DNA of 63,391 bases, the filler included, from Babesia bigemina (Eukaryota): assembly GCF_000981445.1 (NCBI RefSeq). It is 8 parts of 8 records of this genome, joined end to end, with 100 filler letters (N's around TTAATTAATTAA, not from the genome) between each part and the next. Parts side by side here need not be neighbours in the genome. Positions count along the whole stretch, not along the records: positions 43,014 to 46,905 come from NW_012237224.1; positions 47,006 to 57,031 come from NW_012237225.1; 6 more parts are not named here. One strand, written 5' to 3'. Positions within the stretch are counted from its first letter, which is position 1. Each line of letters begins with the position of its first letter. This document shows, piece after piece, positions 46,731 to 57,131 of the stretch. Below the pieces are notes generated by a model. It worked only from the letters and a program-made list of their open reading frames with translations, was not told the origin of the DNA and made no database searches. Both the position numbers and the translations under genes were made by a program.

Positions 46731-46905
46731 GTTGATAGTGACCATTTTCTCACTGACGATGCTACTATAAGAGCCTTGAATGACATTGACTCCAAGCTCA
46801 TTAGCCTTGGTCACCTGGCTGGCCAACTTGGAGGATTTGTTGGTCAAAGTGACAGTGTTAAGAAAGCCGTTAAGAATGCTATTATCGCTAAAATTAACAG
46901 TACTG
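46731..46905 (+). pseudogene. ves1: VESA1-like N-terminal-region fragment behind two tandem leaders, runs into gap
   Basis: DSDHFLTDDATIRALNDIDSKLISLGHLAGQLGGFVG; the leader ATG at 46702 is out of frame. Confidence 0.65.
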
Positions 46906-47117
46906 NNNNNNNNNNNNNNNNNNNNNNNNNNNNNNNNNNNNNNNNNNNNTTAATTAATTAANNNNNNNNNNNNNNNNNNNNNNNNNNNNNNNNNNNNNNN
47001 NNNNNTTAGCGCAAATATTGTCAATCAAAATTCCACCGATCACCCAACTGCCAACTGACATCTGATGTTCTAGACAGTAGTGATTGCATTGATCAATCAC
47101 ATGAGCAGTGAGGTGAC

Positions 47118-47241
47118 ATCTTCCCCCGCCGTCCTCCCTTACATCATCGTCCCCGTCGCCCTCATCATCATCGTCATCTGTGTCATGGTCTACTTCCGCA
47201 TCCGGCCGTTCCACAGGGTGCGGTATCTACTGCGCAGCTGA
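47118..47241 (+). pseudogene. TM-plus-tail fragment, copy 2
   Basis: PYIIVPVALIIIVICVMVYFRIRPFHRVRYLLRS*. Confidence 0.75.
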
Positions 47242-47330
47242 TCATAATACCCTAACTGCCAACTGACATCTAATGTGCTAGACAGTAACGATTGCCTTGA
47301 CGATCAATCGTATGAGCAGCGAGGTGAGCA

Positions 47331-47446
47331 TAACCACCGCCTTTTACATCATCGTCCCCGTCGCCCTCATCATCATCGTCATCTGCGTAATGAGCTACTT
47401 CCGCATCCGGCCGTTCCACAGGGTTCGGTATCTACTGCGCAGCTAA
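47331..47446 (+). pseudogene. TM-plus-tail fragment, copy 3
   Basis: FYIIVPVALIIIVICVMSYFRIRPFHRVRYLLRS*. Confidence 0.75.
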
Positions 47447-47589
47447 TCGCAATAAAACAACTGGCAACTGACATCTAATGTGCTAGACAGCAATGATTGC
47501 GTTGATGAACAATTACATGAGCGGTGAGGTGACCACCAACCCGCCCCTTACATCATCGCTGCCGTAACCATTAACGTGGTCAGGTGCTT

Positions 47590-49430
47590 GGTCACTCACT
47601 AGGTCAGGGCCTAGGTCACTCACTAGGTCAGCGCGTAGGTCACTCACTACGTCACTCACTAGGTCAGGGCCTAGGTCACTCACTAGGTCAGCGCGTAGGT
47701 CATCGTTAGGTCACTCACTAGGTTATGGCCTAGGTCACTCACTAGGTCACGCACTAGGTCATCGTTAGGTCACTCACTAGGTCAGCGGCTAGGTCACTCA
47801 CTACGTCACTCACTAGGTCAGGGCCTAGGTCACTCACTAGGTTATGGCCTAGGTCACTCACTAGGTCAGGGCCTAGGTCACTCACTAGGTCAGGGCCTAG
47901 GTCACTCACTAGGTCACTCACTAGGTCATCGTTAGGTCACTCACTAGGTTATGGCCTAGGTCACTCACTAGGTCACGCACTAGGTCATCGTTAGGTCACT
48001 CACTAGGTCAGCGGCTAGGTCACTCACTAGGTCACTCACTAGGTCAGCGCGTAGGTCACTCACTAGGTCACTCACTAGGTCAGCGCGTAGGTCACTCACT
48101 AGGTCATCGTTAGGTCACTCACTAGGTCACGCACTAGGTCATCGTTAGGTCACTCACTAGGTCATCGTTAGGTCACTCACTAGGTCACGCACTAGGTCAG
48201 GGCCTAGGTCACTCACTAGGTCAGGGCCTAGGTCACTCACTAGGTCAGGGCCTAGGTCACTCACTAGGTCAGGGCGTAGGTCACTCACTAGGTCAGGGCC
48301 TAGGTCACGCACTAAGTCAGCGCGTAGGTCATCGTTAGGTCACTCACTAGGTTATGGCCTAGGTCACTCACTAGGTCATCGTTAGGTCACTCACTAGGTC
48401 ATCGTTAGGTCACTCACTAGGTCATGGCCTAGGTCACTCACTAGGTCATCGTTGGGTCACTCACTAGGTCAGGGCCTAGGTCACTCACTACGTCACTCAC
48501 TAGGTCAGGGCCTAGGTCACTCACTAGGTCAGGGCCTAGGTCACTCACTAGGTCAGCGCGTAGGTCACTCACTACGTCACTCACTAGGTCAGGGCCTAGG
48601 TCACTCACTAGGTCAGCGCGTAGGTCACTCACTAGGTCAGCGCGTAGGTCACTCACTACGTCATCGTTAGGTCACTCACTAGGTCATCGTTAGGTCACTC
48701 ACTAGGTTATGGCCTAGGTCACTCACTAGGTCACGCACTAGGTCATCGTTAGGTCACTCACTAGGTCAGCGGCTAGGTCACTCACTACGTCACTCACTAG
48801 GTCAGGGCCTAGGTCACTCACTAGGTTATGGCCTAGGTCACTCACTAGGTCAGGGCCTAGGTCACTCACTAGGTCAGGGCCTAGGTCACTCACTAGGTCA
48901 GCGCGTAGGTCACTCACTAGGTCAGGGCCTAGGTCACTCACTAGGTCAGCGGCTAGGTCACTCACTAGGTCACTCACTAGGTCAGCGCGTAGGTCACTCA
49001 CTAGGTCACTCACTAGGTCAGGGCCTAGGTCACTCACTAGGTCAGCGGCTAGGTCACTCACTAGGTCATCGTTAGGTCACTCACTAGGTCACGCACTAGG
49101 TCATCGTTAGGTCACTCACTAGGTCAGCGGCTAGGTCACTCACTAGGTCAGGGCCTAGGTCACTCACTAGGTCACTCACTAGGTCAGGGCCTAGGTCACT
49201 CACTAGGTCAGGGCCTAGGTCACTCACTAGGTCAGCGCGTAGGTCATCGTTAGGTCACTCACTAGGTTATGGCCTAGGTCACTCACTAGGTCACGCACTA
49301 GGTCATCGTTAGGTCACTCACTAGGTCAGCGGCTAGGTCACTCACTACGTCACTCACTAGGTCAGCGCGTAGGTCACTCACTAGGTCATCGTTAGGTCAC
49401 TCACTAGGTCAGCGGCTAGGTCACTCACTT
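47590..49430 (-). repeat. Second 12-bp array: constant GGTCACTCACTA interleaved with a small set of variant 11-12-mers
   Basis: Variants ggtcagggccta, ggtcagcgcgta, ggtcatcgtta, ggttatggccta, ggtcagcggcta, ggtcacgcacta, cgtcactcacta. Confidence 0.96.
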
Positions 49431-49585
49431 GAACAGATTGTTCGTAAGTGCCATGGGTATACATGAGAGCACAGTGGAAGTGACACTGAAACCACCATTA
49501 ACAACTAGTCGACAACACAATACGAATAACAGTAAAACACTTCAAATCACAGAACGTACAATGTACTACGTAACTGCGATAATTA

Positions 49586-52500
49586 CTACTTTAAGTTGAG
49601 TAGCTCGTTGGGGTCGTCGTCGAAGTAATTGGCGTCGTACAGGGACATCATCTTCTTATTGTCGGAGAGCAGCGCCTTGACGTCGATGAGATGGGAGGCC
49701 TTGGTGCGGATAAGGTGTGATCGGATGTGGAGTATGTCGATGCGGTACAGCATCGTGTTGGCGAAGATGAGTAATGCTGTGGACCACAGTGCGACGAGCG
49801 TGAAGATGAATGGCTCTCGGATGTTGTAGAGGAAATTGTCCATGGCAGTCATGAGTGATGCGATAGGCTTGCCGTTGACAATTTCCTTCAGCTTTGCGAT
49901 AATCTGTTGACATGTGAGTGGCAACTGCGATCCCACCTCCGGCGGCGTGAACCCGTGAGTGTAGAGGAGGGGCAGCGCAACGGGACATGAGTGGAGGGAT
50001 TTGCCATCGAAGCAATTATGCTTCTTTAGATCATAGTACATTTTTTCAAGTGACTCCCACAGTCTGTCCGGCAGGTACACCGTCCAGCTGAGGTAGGTGT
50101 GGGCGAAGCTCTGGGAGTACAGGGCGTAGGCCCGGTAGGTGATGGGAGACATACGTGGATGGCAGCTGTCAGGGTCACTACCGCAGCCAACCAGTGTGGA
50201 CAGGGTACGGGGATGTGCATTGTCGTGGTTGTGATTGGAGACGGAGTTGAGAGACTCTGTACCTCGGACGCCACTGACAGCTTGGAGGTCGTGGCGACCA
50301 AGATGGTCCCAGTCAGGGCAGTCGAGATGCGGAGTGCGGAGTGAGTTTCCTAGTGGAGACAATGACTTTGAAGCATACCCGTGCAACTCGATGCCGAAAT
50401 GATGAAAGTACGATACAAGCTCCCCGGTGGTGCGCGGCGTCCGCCTGGTGAGGCAGTTGAGGTAGGAGGCCAATGTCAGCAAGGGGTCACTGCCGCCGCA
50501 GCTGGGAGTGAGGATGGAGGAAATGACACTGCCCTGTTGCGATATCTCAGGTAAATCATCCTTCCTGAATCCCATTCTTACGCGGCTCTTGCGGCACAGG
50601 TTGCACGGGTCGAAGGGGTGCGTCTCGAAGTCGGAGTCCCAGCCGTCAGTCAGGAACGACTGGAGGGGGGATGGCGTCTTGGTGTCACTGCCGTACTTAC
50701 AATTTTGCCAACCACCATGAGACTTTCCTCGATTACACTGCGCCTTGAGGAACATCAACTGGTGGTGGCAGGCGTAGATGTAGTCACGTAGCTGGCAGAG
50801 GAGGCATGCGGGGTCAGCAGCATAATGAAGCTGACTATATTCTTTTTTGAAGTCGAAGGTTGAAAACGCTTTGAAATCATTGTTATGCCTAATTTTGTAG
50901 ATAACGGTGGCTGAGTAGAGGCACGCCTCGGTCAGTTTGGCGGTGACCATGGAGGCGGTCAACTGGTCGGGATCCCCGGTGACCTCCAACGCATCTGAGA
51001 ACTCGGAGGCATCTTTGTTAATGTCCTGTAAAATGCTCTTGACATGCTCACTAATCAATCCGATATACCCTTGTGTATTCAATCCCACAAACCAGTGGAG
51101 CATTTCCCGGACGGTTTTGGGCGGGGGCAGATGGTCGGTAGCTGGGGGAGGGGAGGTAGGTGGTTGAACGGTATCGGTGGAGGAAGTGGAAGTGGAAACG
51201 GACCAGGGGTTCAGGCATTCATCTGTGCTAAATGGGTTTATTACACGTTCATCTGCCTTCCTTGGAGAGTCACGCGGCATCCCGGGATCTTCATAGCCTT
51301 CAAGTCCGATACGTTCAGGCGCAAAGTTCAGATCGAAATTAGTGTTAGGCAGGCCTGAGAAGCCTTTGTCCTCTGCAGGTTTTAACTCGTCTTCAAGGAT
51401 ATCAGCTGTGTTGGCATAAGGGTCATCTAGGTCCACGTCGTTAATAGTGCGATCTTCGTAATGAAAGGTTTGGATGGAAAAATCGATTTCGGGGTCTTTG
51501 ACACGGGGTGTAGGGGCTCGAGAAATGCCAAACTTCGAAGAATTGAAAGCATGGATGCGTTCCGCTTCAACTTTCGCAGCATCCTCAATCTCTTTTTGCT
51601 CTGCAATGGTCTTCATTGATTCTTCATGCAGCGTTTGGAGCTTAAGTTGCCGCTGATCATAATCATGTTGAAGTATCTGATGCGCAGAATGAATATCTAC
51701 ATCATTCTTTATCTTCGCATAATCGTAATGTGGCTCTTCTTGCCCATCTAGGGCAACAACCGGTTGACCGTCTAAACCTTTTGCTATGGATTCATTCTCC
51801 TCTGCCTCTTTTTGGATATTTTGCAATACTTGATTCACCTTGTTCTCCTCATGAATCCTATATTCTTCAATTTCGAGAGTATCTTGCTTCTGACGTTCTC
51901 TCAGTCTATTTCGTTGGTCAATGTGATCGCCCAACATTTTCTGTTTGGTTTCCCAATACAGCTTCTCGGCTTCCTGCTCATTTTTCAATTGCTCTTGGAT
52001 ATCATCATCAACTGTCTTACCGTTAATTTCGGAGTATGCCGGATCAGAATACCACCATGGCTCCTGATGCGCATCAACGTCGTCCGTAGGCTGGGAACCA
52101 TCTAGTATTAGAGTTGAACCATGCGCTTTATATTGATCCTCGGCCATTTGCTGCTTCTTTTCCTCTTTTTGTATATGCTCACTCCATATTTCATCGGGAG
52201 GCCTCCGGTTAAACACTTGAGTACGAGGCGGCAGTTTATTTATTGGATCACAGAATTGTATACCATCCTTGCCGCTAAGCTTCCAAAGATTCTCAAGAGT
52301 TGGCTGAACACAAATTTTCTCTGGCGGAATAATTGCCATAGTCTTAACATGATGCCGACCATTTTCATCACCCTCACCAACCCGTCCACCTTCACCAACG
52401 CCTAAACCAGAAGCCTTAGATGTGGATGTGGAACCAGCGGAGCCTGAACTACGTTGTTGGTCAGAGCCTGAAGCAGACACGCCATCTGAAGGATCATGCG

Positions 52501-55369
52501 AAAGTCCAGTACCATTTCCGTCGGGAGTTAACAATGGTGAAGTCAACCCAAGATCGAAATTACTCTTAGGCAGAGCAGAAAAGCCTTTGTCGTATCCATA
52601 CCAAGCATCTGGATGCTTAATTTCGTTTCTCAGTACATCTGCCATGTTGGCATCAGTATCATCTAACTCCACGTCATGTAGTCGATCCTGGAATGGGCGT
52701 TTGGGGACGTCAATAGATAACGATCTTGAGACGGCGCTGAATAGGTCTTCGGCAACCATATTAGTCTTATTAACCTTTGGTGGATGAGATACTAAAACGT
52801 CAGGCGGATCTAAGATAGGATCCATTCCAATTTGCGCGCCCGGAATAGGTTCCGTAATCTCAGTTGGGAATGCACTTTTACGGCTCGATCGTATGTCAAA
52901 ATCGTCTTGGATAGCTGTTTGAGGCCACATTTGGTGGTCCACTACATCCTTCATATCAGGAGTGTCAACAACTAAATTTATTAATGATGGTGCATTTCTT
53001 TCAGCATGTTGCTGTGTGGTCGGCCTATATACTTCTACCTCGGGTGGCAGACTCACGACTTCACCTATATCATCCCCATGAAACTCCCGAGCAATCCAGT
53101 TGTCGTTTTGCTGCTGAAATACAGCCCGCTTAGCCTCTTGAAGATTGGTTCTGAATTTCTCTTTCTCTCGTTTCTCTATTGCCTTTAGCAATTCTGCCGG
53201 CAACTTCCAAGCATCCTTATGCGCCCGCTCCCACGAAATCCCAGGGTCATTGGATTCGTTGGAAAGGCTATCACCATCGAGAGCAACTGGAACGTCGTGT
53301 ATGGCAGAGTGTGGAGGCCTAGTCGATTCTTTCGGATCATAATACTGCAGTGTTTTCCACTTTTGAAGTTCACGTTGGGCATTCAGTCTTTTTTGTTGCT
53401 CAGCCTTTCTTTTCTCGACAGCATCAAATGCTTCTCTTAACCATTGGTCAGTTTCCGCAGCTTTGTTGTTTCTCCGAGCATTTTGTTGCCTAAACTTCGC
53501 TTCGATTTCTTTGTGTCTTTCCTGGGCAAGAGAACTTCTGCTGTGCCCCTCATCCCCTTCACTGCCACCGCCACCTTGACTGGGACCAGCAGCGGAGGGT
53601 CCCTTTGTACTGGCAGTAGCTGAATCACTCAGATCGTCTGGCCCCCTTGTTTGACCAGCGCCAGAAGCATACCCCTGACCACCCAGATCCTGACCACTAC
53701 TGGTAACAGGGTCACCAGGTGAAGGAGTGCCTGCACTTGAACCATTTCCGTCACTTTGACCACCCGGTTGATTTGTCGTTCCCTCAGCTTTCTTGCCCTG
53801 GTTCTGTGCTCCCTCAGCTTTCTTGCCCTGGTTCTGTGCTCCCTCCACTTTCTTGCCCTGGTTCTGTGCTCCCTCCACTTTCTTGCCCTGGTTCTGTGCT
53901 CCCTCCGCTTTCTTGCCCTGGTTCTGCGCTCCCTCCGCTTTCTTGCCCTGGTTCTGTGCTCCCTCAGCTTTCTTGCCCTGGTTTGAAGTTCCTTCAGATT
54001 GCTTTTCAGTCACTGGCTTCTTAGGAATTTCAGGAACCTTGGTAGGCGGTAGCTCCACTGTTTTGGATACACGTACAGCATCCTCATCATCCAAATCTTC
54101 ATCTACATACACTTCATCATCATCATCATCATCATCCCCGAACTCATCTTCAGACTCTACATCTTCATCACCATCGTCTTCATCTTTATCTTGTTTGTTT
54201 TGTGGACACATGCTCCCAACCAAAATCTGTCTCAACTTCTGCAAACCTTCATTTGCTTGCTTGAGCTCACCGATTATAGCATCCCATTGTTGCATCACAA
54301 TCTTCGGCTTCATTTTTGTGTTAAAGTTGGTGCCATTAAATGTGAATCCATAGGGGATGAGATTCGTGGTAACAAACTTATTAAAATCTGTCTGCGATCG
54401 AAGTCTTATCAATTTACTTCTAATTGTTTCCAAATTATTTTTAAGCCACTGTGCCATCCTTTTATCAATAGTTTTGTCGAGGAATTCATATGTCCGCCCA
54501 TACCCGGTAAAGGAAAATCGGTTTAAGGTGAAAATATTGCCTAAAGACGTTTTCAGTGTGGCACATTGTTGTTTCAATTCTTCCCAATTTATGCATTTAC
54601 CCCTGTCTTCCAAATGCATTTTAAATTCTTGTTCATTCTTTGAGTTTCCAAATATCCCACAAAAATCTTGCACCAACCGAAGAGCGTTTGCGACGTTTGA
54701 TATCTCATCGGCAGAATTTTTGAACACAACTGACGTGACGAATACATCACGGAAGAGATTATTGGGAATATGTTCCTTGTCGAAAATATTTACAAGGTCA
54801 GGTACCATAAGAGAACCCTGATTATAACCATCCCTGGCTACTTCCTTTAACTCACCGGCAGCGAATCCACCAGGGATGACGCCATACTGATTTCCATCAA
54901 CTGTCGTAATGAGATAGGTGTCAATTTTACTGGCACTAGATGCATACCGTGCAGCCACCGCTGGAGGAAATCTAGCGTACATTGCAACCATTCCAACATT
55001 TTGCCCTGCCCAATCCCCGCCGCCAACTTTAGCAAACCTTGTATCCACATGATATTGCAAAAAGTATATGACGGAAAGTAATTTGGGGATACACTGAAGG
55101 AGAGCTTCGAGGGCGTCTCTTCCTGTGATACTCTTAATTTTGCTCTGACCTGCAGTTCGGCATAACTTCTTATGGAAGTGTGACACGTGATTTAGGAAGG
55201 TGGAGAGCGCATTTTCAATTTGCTGTGCACTGACGCTCTTATACTTCCCTTCGATAAGCCGTTTTAGTCTACCGGCCAGACGGGTTCTTACATCATTTCG
55301 TTTATCATTTATCAACCACTGCAAAAACTCCAAGCACTCCTTAAGAGTGCGAAACGGAATAGTAGTCAT
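49586..55369 (-). CDS. Divergent full-length VESA-like protein (1927 aa) with RRBP1-type decapeptide repeats
   Basis: ATG start MTTIPFRTLKECLEFLQWL, acidic tract, NQGKK(A/V)EG x7, ves-like C-domain (SPLQSFL, LSWTVYLP, IREPFIF, TM, HIRSHL). Confidence 0.88.
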   Translation of the reverse strand: MTTIPFRTLKECLEFLQWLINDKRNDVRTRLAGRLKRLIEGKYKSVSAQQIENALSTFLNHVSHFHKKLCRTAGQSKIKSITGRDALEALLQCIPKLLSVIYFLQYHVDTRFAKVGGGDWAGQNVGMVAMYARFPPAVAARYASSASKIDTYLITTVDGNQYGVIPGGFAAGELKEVARDGYNQGSLMVPDLVNIFDKEHIPNNLFRDVFVTSVVFKNSADEISNVANALRLVQDFCGIFGNSKNEQEFKMHLEDRGKCINWEELKQQCATLKTSLGNIFTLNRFSFTGYGRTYEFLDKTIDKRMAQWLKNNLETIRSKLIRLRSQTDFNKFVTTNLIPYGFTFNGTNFNTKMKPKIVMQQWDAIIGELKQANEGLQKLRQILVGSMCPQNKQDKDEDDGDEDVESEDEFGDDDDDDDEVYVDEDLDDEDAVRVSKTVELPPTKVPEIPKKPVTEKQSEGTSNQGKKAEGAQNQGKKAEGAQNQGKKAEGAQNQGKKVEGAQNQGKKVEGAQNQGKKAEGAQNQGKKAEGTTNQPGGQSDGNGSSAGTPSPGDPVTSSGQDLGGQGYASGAGQTRGPDDLSDSATASTKGPSAAGPSQGGGGSEGDEGHSRSSLAQERHKEIEAKFRQQNARRNNKAAETDQWLREAFDAVEKRKAEQQKRLNAQRELQKWKTLQYYDPKESTRPPHSAIHDVPVALDGDSLSNESNDPGISWERAHKDAWKLPAELLKAIEKREKEKFRTNLQEAKRAVFQQQNDNWIAREFHGDDIGEVVSLPPEVEVYRPTTQQHAERNAPSLINLVVDTPDMKDVVDHQMWPQTAIQDDFDIRSSRKSAFPTEITEPIPGAQIGMDPILDPPDVLVSHPPKVNKTNMVAEDLFSAVSRSLSIDVPKRPFQDRLHDVELDDTDANMADVLRNEIKHPDAWYGYDKGFSALPKSNFDLGLTSPLLTPDGNGTGLSHDPSDGVSASGSDQQRSSGSAGSTSTSKASGLGVGEGGRVGEGDENGRHHVKTMAIIPPEKICVQPTLENLWKLSGKDGIQFCDPINKLPPRTQVFNRRPPDEIWSEHIQKEEKKQQMAEDQYKAHGSTLILDGSQPTDDVDAHQEPWWYSDPAYSEINGKTVDDDIQEQLKNEQEAEKLYWETKQKMLGDHIDQRNRLRERQKQDTLEIEEYRIHEENKVNQVLQNIQKEAEENESIAKGLDGQPVVALDGQEEPHYDYAKIKNDVDIHSAHQILQHDYDQRQLKLQTLHEESMKTIAEQKEIEDAAKVEAERIHAFNSSKFGISRAPTPRVKDPEIDFSIQTFHYEDRTINDVDLDDPYANTADILEDELKPAEDKGFSGLPNTNFDLNFAPERIGLEGYEDPGMPRDSPRKADERVINPFSTDECLNPWSVSTSTSSTDTVQPPTSPPPATDHLPPPKTVREMLHWFVGLNTQGYIGLISEHVKSILQDINKDASEFSDALEVTGDPDQLTASMVTAKLTEACLYSATVIYKIRHNNDFKAFSTFDFKKEYSQLHYAADPACLLCQLRDYIYACHHQLMFLKAQCNRGKSHGGWQNCKYGSDTKTPSPLQSFLTDGWDSDFETHPFDPCNLCRKSRVRMGFRKDDLPEISQQGSVISSILTPSCGGSDPLLTLASYLNCLTRRTPRTTGELVSYFHHFGIELHGYASKSLSPLGNSLRTPHLDCPDWDHLGRHDLQAVSGVRGTESLNSVSNHNHDNAHPRTLSTLVGCGSDPDSCHPRMSPITYRAYALYSQSFAHTYLSWTVYLPDRLWESLEKMYYDLKKHNCFDGKSLHSCPVALPLLYTHGFTPPEVGSQLPLTCQQIIAKLKEIVNGKPIASLMTAMDNFLYNIREPFIFTLVALWSTALLIFANTMLYRIDILHIRSHLIRTKASHLIDVKALLSDNKKMMSLYDANYFDDDPNELLNLK
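53780..53995 (-). repeat. 30-bp coding tandem repeat encoding NQGKK(A/V)EGAQ
   Basis: ttcttgccctggtt recurs every 30 nt, 7 times. Confidence 0.97.
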
Positions 55370-56635
55370 TTTGATCTCTTACAATTAGACATCTAATCCA
55401 CACCTGCCAAACTCCACGGCAAACGTTCAAGACTATGTGGAGTGGGATACACTTTATTGATCACACCTTTAATCCCCCCTAACAAAAATCCACATCCAGC
55501 CTCCAGGACTATCTGAACTGCGAAACACCAGAGTTATCACACCTCTAAGGTGACACTGCTTAATACAGCATGGCAGACAACTAAGTGCGCTGAGTGAAAG
55601 GGCTATGAAGTGAGACGCTGAATAACACTAATACGCATCATACTAAGACAATGACACACCTAAACCATATTGCTAAATTTGCGAACCATCACACGAATCC
55701 TATAGACATACCACTCACCTGAGGAGAGAAGGCCTCAAGGCAGCCATGCTGGAGTGAGAGAGTGGAGCATGATTGGAGAGGTGCGTTGTCAAGACAGTGT
55801 ACCATACTTGAATCGTTGGGTCTTCCGTTCCGGTGTCTGGCTCGTGCTATCTCCGCGCTTGGCGTGCGTTACTGTTCAAAAGCCCGCAGATTTTCTCAGA
55901 CCCGGAACGCCGCCTTGCCTCTGCGCCTCTCACGCTACATTCGCGCCGCAATCGTGGATTCCACGCTTCGATGCCGCCAGTTACACCACATCGAACGCGA
56001 ATCACGCCCTGGTTCGTCCCCAGCAATATGCATGCAAACGATGTCGTTTTCTATCGCACCAATCTACAACTCATAACGCACCACGCATCCCAACGCACTG
56101 CCAACCAAAATCCAGGTAAACGATGAATCCAAGATTAAACCCCGTCCGTAGTGAAAACATAGTCAAAATTGCCTTCAAAAATGTTAGTAATTTGGTTAGT
56201 AAAACGCTGATCAACTGGTCAAATTGCAATACCATTTTTTGACGGTCCGTCAACGTTTCGTATACAGCAAAAATTATCTCAATAGAAATTTTTTAGTCCA
56301 TTCCTAGACTTTACAATTTGCGTTTTTATTTTAATTTAAGGTGTCAGGCTAAGTGCGTAGTTTCGACTATTTTTTGTTTATTTTTTTATTTGCACCTGTC
56401 CACATAGTTACCTAAATCTCAAAAGATGTTTTATAAATATATTAAGGGAGTTGGAATCTTCTGTGATTTTGGGGGAAACTTTGAGAAACGTGTTTTCTCG
56501 GGTTTATCACAGAAAGGAAATTTTTCCGATGTCACTGGGGGGTGTATTGAAGGCCAAAAGTGCGGAATTAAAGCGGCAACATCGCGAGGCGAAAGGCGGC
56601 CACACAGGCGCGCTGGATAGACGAACAAGGTACCA

Positions 56636-56932
56636 ATGGAGAGCTCACAAGAAGTGCAGCTGAGCAGTCAAATCGATGAGGACGGAGACCTCATGGTTAT
56701 TGACGTGGACGTCCCCGATGGGATGGACATCGATGCTCCGCTTGCCACCGTGGGGCGCCGAGAGTGTCGGCAACCCGAAAGGCGGCATGAATCCAGAAAA
56801 CCGGTACAAAGCGGTGTTCAGGGCCCTAAAGGTAAACCCACAAATTCGAAGGGGGCCGGCCGTGGCGGCGAAAGCCGGCCAATCCCGCAGGCAAGCCGGA
56901 ACGACACCAGCCCGGAACCACTCCGGCTGTGA
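56636..56932 (+). CDS. Possible 5' part of a hypothetical gene divergent from the 1927-aa gene
   Basis: ATG after an AT-rich tract (about 56150-56450); protein-like acidic start MESSQEVQLSSQIDEDGD; near a contig end, frame uncertain. Confidence 0.3.
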   Translation: MESSQEVQLSSQIDEDGDLMVIDVDVPDGMDIDAPLATVGRRECRQPERRHESRKPVQSGVQGPKGKPTNSKGAGRGGESRPIPQASRNDTSPEPLRL

Positions 56933-57131
56933 AGGGCGCTGGAAACAAAGCGCGGACGGCGGTCCCCCGGGCCCAAAGGGTACCACCGGAAGCCAAAAGA
57001 CAGGAACCCGCTCAACGCCCCCTGTCGGGGTNNNNNNNNNNNNNNNNNNNNNNNNNNNNNNNNNNNNNNNNNNNNTTAATTAATTAANNNNNNNNNNNNN
57101 NNNNNNNNNNNNNNNNNNNNNNNNNNNNNNN

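Noticed and set aside
46751..46775. Branch point plus AG acceptor before ALND
   Set aside because: Upstream codons continue as VESA-like sequence (DSDHFLTDDATIR), so contiguous coding is the simpler reading
47590..49430. CRISPR-like constant/variable alternation
   Set aside because: Units are 12 bp, the variable parts are a few reused variants of the same unit, there are no cas genes, and the context is eukaryotic
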